A stretch of 40,443 bases of DNA. Origin: a virus (taxonomy: Duplodnaviria > Caudoviricetes). The stretch spans positions 1-40,443 of the IMG/VR virus record IMGVR_UViG_3300006641_000060; one strand, 5' to 3'. Within the stretch, counting starts at the first letter, position 1, and every line of letters begins with the position of its first letter. Both the position numbers and the translations under genes were made by a program. The notes beneath the pieces were generated by a model that did no database searches, had not been told where the DNA came from, and saw nothing but the letters and a program-made list of their open reading frames with translations. This document shows positions 19,101-28,700 of the stretch, in pieces.

Positions 19101-21186
19101 ATATTGTAACATCGAATTGTTTTCTAATAATTAGATCGGAATTTGTTAAATCTACAGAAGAAACGTTTGATTTTGGTAATGGGGTATATAAAGTATTATC
19201 TATTGAAGATTGAAAACTTGATGTTAAAACTTTAAAATCACTTGGATTTATTGATGAAGAGGGTAGAGATCCATCACAAACTCCAGAAACAGTGGTAATT
19301 CCGGAAATAACCAAGGAACTCTGAGATACACTGTTTACTTTAGCAAAACTTGGAACTGTAAGTCCAGGTGTGGAATATGATACTATATCACCAATAGAAA
19401 CCTTTCCAGAAAAATATTTGCTAAGATCTGCAGTTGTAACTGTACTAATTCCTCCACTATTTGGAGTAATATTGACCAATCCAACATTAAATATTGATGA
19501 CAGTTGGACATCGCCAGTAAAAGTAGATGCTGACCCAACAGTACCGTAAATAGATTTTACATTTTTAGATGAAAATGCTGTTACTGAAGTAGAAACTCTT
19601 GTGTTACTAATTCCATTAAAAGAAAAAGTTTCTCCGACTGCAAAAAATCCTTTTGTATTATAAGCTGTTATAATTCCAGAATTTGTTGCAGAGTACCTTA
19701 AAAATCCAATGGCTCCACTAGAATTACCTTTAATGTATGTTGGAACTGAAAGTGTGATTGGTTCGTTTAATAAAATTTCAGTGTAGGTTTGAATATCAAA
19801 TAAAGAAATATCCCAAGAATTTGAATTTGGTGTTGTACTACTATATGATCCAGATTCTAAAGCAAAATCATAAACTCTAGCTACACCTATTTCTTTTCCT
19901 GGAGGAGAAAATGAACTTATACCTATCCTTTCATCTCTTAAACTTACAGTATATGATGTGGATATACCAATATTTGGAGATCCACTAACTCTATTTAATG
20001 TATAGGTTGGTCCGGTTAAGTAGTTGATACTTTGTCCCGTTAAAAGTTTTGTTGTTCTTGGTTTTTTGAAATCTAAAAATATTGGGCTTACAGTTTCAAC
20101 CTCGTACCCCTGAATATATGCCTTTGTTGGACTTAGTTTGTACGTTCCTAAATTTTCATTTGGAATATTATTATTATATGTTAATTGATTTTCAAAAAAT
20201 ATTCCTTTATTACCTTTTAAGTTATTGAGAGTTTCTTTAACTTCTATAGAAATCGGATTTACATAATAATCACCGGACTCGTTATAAGTTCTTCTAGCAA
20301 ATTCTTTTGCAAGATCATTATACTCAGTATCTCTTTTTATCGAAGTAATAGTTCCACTTTGAACTACCATCAACTCAATAAAATTACTATATTTTGTATT
20401 ATCAATTGGTTTTTTTGTCAGGAAAACTCTTATTTTTAATCGATCTGCTCCGGGCGCTGCATAATTGGAAAATCCTTTTGCGTTATCAGTTAAACTTGAA
20501 TCTATATCAGAATTTATTATCTCTTCAAAAACTTCTAATCCAACTCTGTATGATGGATTAGTATTGTATGGTTCTAGTATAATTGTTTGCTCGGGAACTT
20601 CAATAAAATAACCTCTAATAAAATAAATTCCAGAAGATAAAGTTGCTGCAGAAGCAGAAAATATTGCATTTTCTGGAATTATATTTGCTATTGGTTCTCC
20701 GGACTGAATAATTATATTGTCATTCGACAAACTATCTTCAATAATTAAAGTTTCTCCGTTTAAAAAGGAACTATTATTATTAGTTGAGGACAAGTAACTA
20801 ACAAATAATGTATAAGGTTGTCCAGGAAAAGCTGAAACATTTAAATATGCTTTTACTTTAGCTTTTACTCCAGAAATTGAACCTACTATTGTTTTATTTA
20901 ATAGATCACTTAAATAATTTGTTAGAGAAACTCCGGAATAGGTTGTTTCGACTAAAACAGCATTAAGAGTATTTAAATATCTAACTCCACCTCCCGTTAC
21001 AGAATCTCCATCTTTAAAAATATGATTACCAAACTTTTCAATCTGATCTTGTAATACTGATTGTAATGTTGTTAACTCTCTAGCCTGAACAGGATATCCA
21101 GGTTTGAATAAAACTTTAAAGTAGTTTTTGCTTTTGTCAAAGTCATCAAAATATGGAGAAATGTTGAGATTGGTTTCCTGAGACAT
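13144..21186 (-). CDS. Large virion structural protein, VrlC/DUF4815-like
   Basis: N-terminal TNLNISPYFDDF...VLFKPG.PVQARELTTLQS, APGADRLKI, RYRMSDIKKLEDRI.NLEFYTSLSLLE, RFKSGFFVDDF, DPLAQSF, C-terminal PRLKDLRVIALA; follows gp8 as in cyanomyoviruses. Confidence 0.88.
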   Translation of the reverse strand: MSQETNLNISPYFDDFDKSKNYFKVLFKPGYPVQARELTTLQSVLQDQIEKFGNHIFKDGDSVTGGGVRYLNTLNAVLVETTYSGVSLTNYLSDLLNKTIVGSISGVKAKVKAYLNVSAFPGQPYTLFVSYLSSTNNNSSFLNGETLIIEDSLSNDNIIIQSGEPIANIIPENAIFSASAATLSSGIYFIRGYFIEVPEQTIILEPYNTNPSYRVGLEVFEEIINSDIDSSLTDNAKGFSNYAAPGADRLKIRVFLTKKPIDNTKYSNFIELMVVQSGTITSIKRDTEYNDLAKEFARRTYNESGDYYVNPISIEVKETLNNLKGNKGIFFENQLTYNNNIPNENLGTYKLSPTKAYIQGYEVETVSPIFLDFKKPRTTKLLTGQSINYLTGPTYTLNRVSGSPNIGISTSYTVSLRDERIGISSFSPPGKEIGVARVYDFALESGSYSSTTPNSNSWDISLFDIQTYTEILLNEPITLSVPTYIKGNSSGAIGFLRYSATNSGIITAYNTKGFFAVGETFSFNGISNTRVSTSVTAFSSKNVKSIYGTVGSASTFTGDVQLSSIFNVGLVNITPNSGGISTVTTADLSKYFSGKVSIGDIVSYSTPGLTVPSFAKVNSVSQSSLVISGITTVSGVCDGSLPSSSINPSDFKVLTSSFQSSIDNTLYTPLPKSNVSSVDLTNSDLIIRKQFDVTISSNSTAAITAGPDESFLPFDEERYVLIRSDGGTEVLSQDKFVFTNGGATLTINGLSADGTAKLIATLRKVNIKSKIKNKNRVKSIDIVGSKYSQSGIGTTTLNDGLAYSSLYGTRVQDEDICLLVPEVTKIHAIFESNSSNNVSLPSLTLSGLTGPTNKTGDLLIGEEFTSKDSKFVGIYVGRVNDLKINYISLNSNKIVDGETILFKESGISATVTEIQSGDNNITSNFILDNGQKETYYDYSKITRKPTAKEPTKKLKILFESAEFSSSDNGDITSANSYQQFDYCDIAKIDSVKVSDLIDIRPRVSEFTSTNLSPFEFNARNFTSSGNSASNVLASDESFILDYSFYLPRIDKIYLTKDGVFQLINGIPEETPKTPNNIENALEVATITLPPYICNISEVSVNLTEHKRYRMSDIKKLEDRIQNLEFYTSLSLLESDTSNLYIRDVDGLNRFKSGFFVDDFSTTNSQITKTIVKNSIDIKNSELRPSHYTNTLDLVLGSNTVIGIGTTSNPTVDQRFVNDLDGINVTRTGRILTLDYAELEYVIQPFATRVENVTPYLVNYYAGTIELNPSSDIWVDTVKLKPKTLEVDNYTENYQQLVAGGFDPNTGYGPTTWESWKYTWTGEKSTPSSSTAWQGNDWIRTDYITNTKTGTKSRNGTRQVIKEVFNNLSFGDSVVSIEIASYLRSRNIEFIARRLKPSTQVYAFFDGVDINEYIVPKLIEISMTSGTFEVGETVVGSPKIISTVTYNRPLNPSDAVQSPPQIPTKTIEFRVAAQNHKYGPYDNPTDVYSINPYNNQSIADQYSSTSTILNIDTFSLSDKVENNFSGSIEVSMILTGQKSGAIAEITNLRLITDNVGTIIGCIFIPDPNVDVNPHFETGTKVFRISSDRDNSQIPGLVTTSAEEKFESTGILSKNQENIVSIRNLRLETQTQQESDIPASDTSTTVVGSTIIGSNAPTAPTSLPKVGGTETFVPILQNPNAIPTGSLKDTSLVSTVNAVQKAYVDYLGRRPDSGGESFWINQVSVYQGQGLTYEQSIAKVQQSIRTSAEATVLGSGTLAAVSSQSAFTSSYGGSYAITQTTTTPGNTLTSKAVSTSTTGTQAGANAALITAAYNSSLGRAPDAAGFAYWNNQVATGALTIQQALTSIQTSAEAKAKCLTKNDPLAQSFYVETEFGVYVTRVDLYFRTKDPILPVIVQLRPMSLGLPTEQIYPFSEVVVDSKYVNVSEDASVPTTVYFDSPVYLPGAQYHALVLLSTSNEYTAWISRLGEVDISTASQTESNQIVVTSQPNNILGSLFKSQNGLTWNPSQLEDLKFTLYRATFTNSGSINFYNPRLDVNSDQIFVLLKDSLEISSRKIRVGLGSTVQDSGLTLGNTVLQYGSNATGIYVGSAGISTGSLNLINAGIGYTPSSGSYTFSNVSLSNVTGSGRNATANITISNGVAIAATISNGGTGYSVGDVLTASQIGGSTLGRNLRLSVSSITGANELILDNVQGDFISGVGNTVLYINNSGITTTLNQSTGGILISDAPVVITDGLHIKVNDKNHGMHSNLNRVEISNVASDVIPTKLLSSYSSTSTSDIILEDATNFGTFENVSVATTNPGYILIGNEIISYTAVSGNTLTGTITRSIDQTNSTTYTSGSLVYKYELNGISLRRINKVHNLSNSTVSDSIDLDYFNIKIDTSSNGIDRSVGTSLPKLYFNESKSTGGNAIKCSENIQYEVITPIVENVTPVGTNISASIRTITATSVDGSEISFVDNGFEDISLRDVNYLNSPRLIASRINEVNSLPNLPGNKSFTLSLNLTSSNPYLSPVIDLDRVGMVFTSNRVNAPITDYIKDNRTSDIVNDPNAFVYAINPISLEVPATCIKIYVSSYINIFNDIRAFYAISNNSTEELIYYPFPGYSNILSSGQIIDISNSDGTPDKFLSKTDSLALTSNQISYKDLEFTVDNLPPFRFYSIKIIGTSTSQAYPPRLKDLRVIALA

Positions 21187-21192
21187 AATTTT

Positions 21193-22752
21193 TTAAAATT
21201 GCAAAATAACTTTGATATCTTCTTTTTGATTTATGGACCTTGTAATAGAAGGTCTGTTGTCAACATAAACAATGTTTCCAGAATACTTTTTAACTTCTGG
21301 ATTTGACATACCATTAATAAAAGTCTGTCCTAAGTAATAGGTTCTATTATTTATTGAAGTAGAAATGCCATTAAAGGATGTGTCTATGCCTAATATAGTA
21401 CTAGCACCGTCACCTAAAATATTCAAAGAACCTCCATTGCCGGGAGAAGAAGTAAAAGAATTTAATTTGAATCCGTATTTTGGATTTGTTTTTAAACTGC
21501 CATCACTATTGAATCCAACTAAACTTTTATCCTGCCAATATTTTAAAACTCCAGTAGATTGATCATAAGAAACAACTCTACCAACTGCTGTAGTTCCAGT
21601 GGAAATTGTTTGAGTTATTAAACTATCTGCCACAAATGTAGATGTACTATATCCAATTCCAGTTAATTTTAATGCATAAAGAGCACTTGCCTTATCTAAA
21701 GTTAATCTTGATGATGAATTGAAAAATTGAGGATTTTCTACTATTCCTATTCTAGAAATTTGATTTCCCAAAATAAAATCTGGATTTTCTGTGTCATTTT
21801 CTATTCTTGAATACACTAATACATTATATGCCCCAAGTTCCCTGTAAATGTCTGCACCGTGTCCTCCTTTTGGGGGAATAATAACATTAAATATTGGAGA
21901 AACTGAACCAGATGGCACATTTCCTGCTTCAAGATCAACAGTACCATAAGTATATCCAGAACCACCATTTGATAAAACTATAGATTCTACTTTAGAATCA
22001 TTATTAATAATAATAGTAGCTTCTGCTCCATTTCCATCACCTTTAATTGGTACTTTTGTATAAACCGCATTAGCTGTTCCAATGCCAGTTCCCCTGTTCA
22101 CTATAGTAATAATTTTTAATTGTCCACTCGTTGCTGCATTATTCCTAATTGCAGAATCTATAGTATTCGTTTCCCAATTATCTGGGACCGGCATAAAATT
22201 TGTAGAATCAAATTTTACTATTTCATTTGGTTTTATAGTATAAAGGTATTTCCAAATATATCCATCACCACTATCCCCAGCTGTTCTAGGTTCCAGGTCA
22301 GTAAATGTTGGCTCATCCAATGATGGTTTACCTGAAGGATTTTCTGGATCTGTTCCATTATGCAAACAAATATAAACTCTATAATCATCATTTACTACAT
22401 AATAATTTGCAGAATATAAATTAGTGGCACCAGATGGTTTTGATGTATTGGTTCTACTTATATCATGCCTATACATGTCATAAGTTGTTCCTGATGTCCA
22501 CTTCACTTTTCTTACTAATTGCCTAACATCACTTGAAGATATTTTTTTTAAAGATATCATTGTGTCCCAATAATCATTCTCCTGCTCAAAACTATCTTTA
22601 GGTGCAGGTGGATTGATATCCCAAGTAGACAAATAATCTTGTGGATTTGGTAGTCCCACAAAAGAATAATAAGAATTTTCTGTGGACTTAGCAGCCGCTA
22701 CAAAATTCTTTGCATTTAATATTCGTAACTGATCAGTTATAATTGCTGACAT
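21193..22752 (-). CDS. gp8: Baseplate wedge subunit
   Basis: MSAIITDQLRILNAKNF, WTSGTTYDMYRHD, YRVYICLHNG, DGYIWKYLYTI, SGNIVYVDNR...QKEDIKVILQF. Confidence 0.93.
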   Translation of the reverse strand: MSAIITDQLRILNAKNFVAAAKSTENSYYSFVGLPNPQDYLSTWDINPPAPKDSFEQENDYWDTMISLKKISSSDVRQLVRKVKWTSGTTYDMYRHDISRTNTSKPSGATNLYSANYYVVNDDYRVYICLHNGTDPENPSGKPSLDEPTFTDLEPRTAGDSGDGYIWKYLYTIKPNEIVKFDSTNFMPVPDNWETNTIDSAIRNNAATSGQLKIITIVNRGTGIGTANAVYTKVPIKGDGNGAEATIIINNDSKVESIVLSNGGSGYTYGTVDLEAGNVPSGSVSPIFNVIIPPKGGHGADIYRELGAYNVLVYSRIENDTENPDFILGNQISRIGIVENPQFFNSSSRLTLDKASALYALKLTGIGYSTSTFVADSLITQTISTGTTAVGRVVSYDQSTGVLKYWQDKSLVGFNSDGSLKTNPKYGFKLNSFTSSPGNGGSLNILGDGASTILGIDTSFNGISTSINNRTYYLGQTFINGMSNPEVKKYSGNIVYVDNRPSITRSINQKEDIKVILQF

Positions 22753-22769
22753 TTTAACAGTTTTTTATC

Positions 22770-22777
22770 TATTTATT
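22770..22777 (-). promoter_or_regulatory. Late promoter AATAAATA
   Basis: In the gp7-gp8 gap, 18 nt upstream of the gp8 ATG. Confidence 0.6.
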
Positions 22778-25700
22778 AGATATAATTTAAATATTTTAAT
22801 GGATTCACTCTTTCTACAATTGGTGAAGTAGAAATTCCAGTTAGTCCATTTTTATAATGATTAAATTCTTTTGGATCTGGTCTCAATAAAATATTAATTT
22901 TACCCCAACTATATTCTCCAAAGAAAGAACTATAACCAATTCCACTTAATCCATTATAATTTTGAACACTAACAGTTACTTTAGCGACATATGTAACACC
23001 AAATCCAATGGCACTTGTTTGTGCAATAGAAACTGATGCAACTCTATAGACATTATCGAGGAATGAATTTCCAATAGAAACTATTGAACCATCAGGATTT
23101 AAAGAAGTTACTCCGTTTCCAACATTTGAATTTAAAACTACAAAATAGTATCCAGTTTGAATTCCACTTATAGTTAATGATGTTCCTACTATTGAAGAAT
23201 TTCTGAGGAAAGAATTCTGTGGAATTACAAAATCAAATACAATTCCAGTTGAAGCAACTCCAACTGAGGTGGTGGAAATACCTGAAATAGTTCCAAAATC
23301 TCCTTCATAAGTAACTGATGGAATATTTTCAGTATAATTGGATATTTGTGGATATTCAATTAATACTTGTGGTGGATTTGTTGAAGTATATCCAAGTCCT
23401 GGATAAACGACATTAATAGAAGTCACAATTCCAGAAGTTATTGAAGCAATTGCAGTTGCTTTCTGAGTTGATCCCAAACCAACTGGTTCTGAGATACTAA
23501 TAGATGGAGCAACCGTATATCCAATTCCAGAGTTTGAAATTATAATTGAAGATATTGTTCCAGCAACTGAAACAACAGCTGTAGCAGCGGCAGAGATTGG
23601 TGTATCTTGTGATATTATTTTAATTTTATTTTGTAACAAGGAATTTTCTTTATTACTATCAAAGAAAGTTTTTACACTTTCAACAAATATTACAGTAGAT
23701 CCTATACCAACAGATTGTATAATATTTGTAGTAGGATATATTAAAGGTTCATATAAAATTCTATCTTTTGTAACTGCCTTACCGTCAATAAATTTATCAT
23801 TTCTTTGTTTGCACCAAGTTAATGGGCGTAAGTAAGTTTCATTTTCATTTATTCCCGGACCAAAATAAGTATTTGTATTAAGACTATCTGTAGAATTGAT
23901 TCTAGTGACTATTCTTTCATCTTCCAAGTATGCAATATTATCATCATTTAATTTTACAATATCTCCTATTTTGATAGTTTCTAAAACATCAACATCAACA
24001 ACATCAACTGAGGAAGTTCCTTGATAGAATAATATTTTTGAAGTATCTCCTACTTTTGGCGCCTCAGTAAATCTAATATAACTTCCCCCATTAAATATAT
24101 AACCTTTTCCAGGAACTTGTAAAATATCATTTATAAAGACCAATAATGTCGCCTCTACATTAATATTCGAACCGGATTTTGCTCTAATCGTTTTTTGTTG
24201 ATTATCTAGTGTAATCGGAAATAGAGTGGTTTTCCCATCAAATAAGGAATCAATTGGGTCAATAACTAAGAGATTGCCAAAAGTCCAACCAGAAAAACTA
24301 TCAGAATAAGTCTCATCTATTGAAAGTTGAAACTCATTATAAGATAAACTTGTATTTGTTGGTATTCCTACTGTTCCACCAATTCCAATAGTAAGAATTT
24401 CTCCTACATCATATCCATATCCCAAATTAGTAATTTCAAAATTAATTATACTTGATCCTAGTCCAACAATCACATTTACATTTGCTCCAGACCCAAATCC
24501 AGAGGAAGATGAAGAACTATAAATCAGTGGAATATTTGAATATGGAAGTGGATCATCAAAAATAACAATTGGTGGATTTGTTGAAGTATATCCAGAACCT
24601 GGATTTGTAATTGCAACACTCACTATATGTCCATTACTAATTGAAGCAATACCAACATACTCTATATCATAAAGACCAACGCTAGATACTGCTACACCAA
24701 CATTAACATAAGTTTGAATTCCAGACCTATAACCAGAACCACTATTGCCTATGCTTATTGAAGAAATAGTTCCTAATCCAGAAACTATTGCTGTTCCTCC
24801 AGCAGAAACTAAAGGTTGATATCCAAACCCTGTAGTCGATGCAACAGAAACAATAATACCTCCCAATGGAACATTTGTAGTATTAATGTCATATGAAGTT
24901 GATGATATTGATCCTGTAAATTGAATACTAGTCAATCCAACATTTTCTTTTAATACACAATCTCCTAAAATATTTACAGAAGACCCAACTCTCTTTGGAC
25001 CTTGGAAAACTTGATTAACTAAAATAATAGCATTATCAGTAGAAAATCCGGTAATATTTGCATTATTTGATTTTAAAATGAAAGAAGTTGAATATCCAGT
25101 GAATTCTAATGAAATATCATCAAAAACATAGTTATTTGAATAAGGTTCAATTGAAGTATTGGGAATTGATGACCTTATAAATGATCTTCCACTAAATGAA
25201 GATGAAGTTGTTATGCCAATATAATCAACATCATCAGGACTTCCTGTTGTTGTACCTATTGGAGTATTTCCATATGGAGCAGTAATAAAATTAATTGTAT
25301 TATCAACTATATTGTAGTTTCCTTTTACCTTTGTTACTAATGAGGAATTTGCATGAGTTGATATTCCAGTTCCCATCCAAGATCTTTTGACAAGAAATAC
25401 ATTAGTGCTTCCAAAACCAACACTATCAACTCTCATAATTTCGTCATTAACTTTTATCAAATCGCCACCAAAGAATGAAGATATACCAGAAACTTTGATG
25501 GTCCTATCAGATAATCCAATTTTTTCTGAAATTGTGGTTGTTACTGAAGTGGAAACAATAGGAGATTGAATTAGATTATCAATGCTAATAACTACTCTAG
25601 AATTTTGTTTTTTTGATGTTAGAGTGTGGTCAGTCCCTACACCTAAACTATTAATTTGTAAAGGAACGGGAATATTCTTAAGTGCGTTTTCTACAGTTGA

Positions 25701-28700
25701 CGCAAATCTTATTTTGTAATCATCAACTTTAATAGCATAAATTTTTTGTGGAAGTTTATCTGTAAGTCCAATACCAGAAATTGATGTTGTTGCTATTCCA
25801 ATAGCCTTATCAGTTCCTATTTTACTTTGTGGATAATCGTAAATTAACTCTTCTCCCGTTACAAAGAAATTATTAGGAAGTTTTATATAATTTTTCTGAA
25901 TATCAACAACAGAAGATGCACTTCCAACAAAAGACCTTTTAAAAATAGGAATCTGTTTGTGAGAAAGTTCAAAGTCACGTTTTAAATCACTTTGTGTACC
26001 TCTATATAATCCATATCCGCTACTTAATGACGCATTAGATAAATCAATAATATCTAAATCAGTGTCATCAATTGGTCTTAAAGCATTTTGGAATACCCTA
26101 ACTTGGACGTTTATATTTGGTATTGGAGTAAATAATAATCTAGTATTACCAGAATATAAAGTTGCATCAAACTCTCCAAGATTTGTTCCATCATTAAGGA
26201 TTCCAAATTCAGTTATATATGTGTCACTGCCATCATTTATAGAAAGTATTTCGGAGATTTGATATCTATTATTAGTTGTATCTTCAACACTAACAATGTA
26301 ATATCCAGATGAATATTCACTAGAATATTCTGATATCACATTAGATGTTGGAGACGCAGACGAAGAAATATTTGTAATTCTGCTATCAAAAATACAAGTA
26401 TTAAGAGAAGTTGTACCAACTCCGATTGAAGATGTTTTTGCTATAGAAACAATCAAAGAATTGACATTACAGTCAACAGATAGAGTATTATTTGGAATAA
26501 AATCTAAATTAATATTTGATCCAGAAAAATATGCAAAATATGTCCCAAGACCAGTTGTTGATGATGCAGTGAAAGAATTTGTTGTTAATTGACCATACTC
26601 CAATAATTGAACTTCAGAATCATTATGAATTAATGTTATTTCATCAAACTCAAAGTATGAATTATCAACATTTGCATATTGAATAAGAACTTTTGATGAT
26701 CTATATGTAGATGCTATACCAACTACTGTGTATGCACTACTTGTTCCTGCTGGAATAGTTTGAGTTTGTGTGTATAATCTAGCAGTGTCTCCAAGATCCA
26801 AAGTTCCTATTCCACTGACATTATTTTTAATGTCATAAGAAACAAAATTTAAGTCGTAATCATTTATTTCATAATTTGTTGGATAAAATAATAATTTTCC
26901 TTCAGTACCAGTTACTACAAAATCAAAGAAACCTAAATCATCAAATGTTTCAACTCTTCCATACTGGTTTATGAATCCCGTAGAATTATCATGTAGTAAT
27001 GAGGATATAACTATTTGAGATTCATTATTGAATAATTTATCTTTAACATGTATAAAATATTTTTTAGATCTATCTGATTCGAGATCAAAACTATCAACTA
27101 TACTAAATTTTGTTGGTCTTTCATTGCTGTTAAATTGTGAACTAATGTCATCAATTATTAAAACTCTATTACCTACAGATTCAATATAATCTTGAATTGT
27201 TTTAGATTCTAATATAATTTCATCAGATATAATATTGTAATCTATATTCAAAGATCTTTCAGAAGATAGATCAAAATCATTTACGCAGTCAAGTTCTATT
27301 TCTGATATCAAATCAGAAATTCCAATAAAATCTCCATAATTTTGATTGGTAGTAATTCCAGAGTTTGAAACTAATGATTCTACGGATAAATCGCTGAATT
27401 TTTTAAACCCTACAGTATGATTTAAAGAATTTACTGGATCACTCCAATCTTCATAGTGAACTTTTGATCTAATAGAATATGAAAAATATTGATAATAATC
27501 ATTATCATGTAGTCTCTGCATTGAGTCATTTAAAAATCCAGTATTTTTATTCCATCCCTTTTTAACAATAGAAGATGAATCTACGTTATAATATGAATTA
27601 AAATAAAGAATTCCGGAAATTAATCCCTCTGCGCCTGATGTTTCTGCTAATATTTTATCCCCAACATTAAATTCGTCAAAAGAAGAAATTTTAAGATATC
27701 CATTTTTATAATCCCAAGAGTTGACCCTCCCAATAGATGATCCGGATCTAACAAATTCATTCTTAAGAAACTTATTTTTTTCTAAAGAAATATTAAAAAT
27801 TGGAAAATATTTTTCGGGGATTACTTTTCCAGATGAATCTAAAGGACGATAAACACCCGGATATTCTCCATCTTTAAGATAGTTTGATAAATTATAAGTT
27901 ATTGAACCATTTGTTCCTCCAATATTAGGATCAACTTGAGTTAGTGTAAATAAAGCATAATTATAATTTGAAGAGTTATATCCTTTAAAAGTTGTTCCAA
28001 CCCCAACACTAACATTTTCTATTAAAACTTTATCACCAACTGAAAATGGAAAATCTTCATAAGAACTAAAACTTGCCCCAAAAGATATTGTAACATCTTT
28101 TGTTGACACATTAAAATTGATAGATTGTACTGATGATCCTATTGAAATTCCATTTGAATTATTGATTGGTATTATTATTGGAGTTACTTCATTGAGAGCT
28201 TGTGTGTTATTGAATATATCGACGTTTCTAGTTTTAAAATTACATCTAAGATCAATATCAAAAATCCTCTCATTTGTAAGTCCATCCAACACTATTAAAT
28301 TTGGAGGAACTAGATAATTTACTCCCAACGAAGAAATACCAATATTTTTAAATGTAGAAAATGGAGATATTTTTAATATTTTTGGAGCATGTGCCTCTGG
28401 TCTTAATGATTTGTCTGCGGAATAATCAACTCCAATATCTCTTAAATTAATGTTTGAAATTTTTCCTATAGTCAAGCTTCTAGGCAGTAAAATAGCACCT
28501 TTACCGTCAGATGAAATTATAGAAGAAATTGCCGGAAGTTTTTTATATCCGCGCCCAGAAGAAGTAAGTTGAACACCATATATTGATCCATAAGCAGTTT
28601 CTGACTCAGTAAAATATTCGATTTGAGTATTAATAGGTGTATATAATGATTCTGTAGGTTTATCAAAAATATTAAATGTAAAGGCTGTTGATCCTACTCC

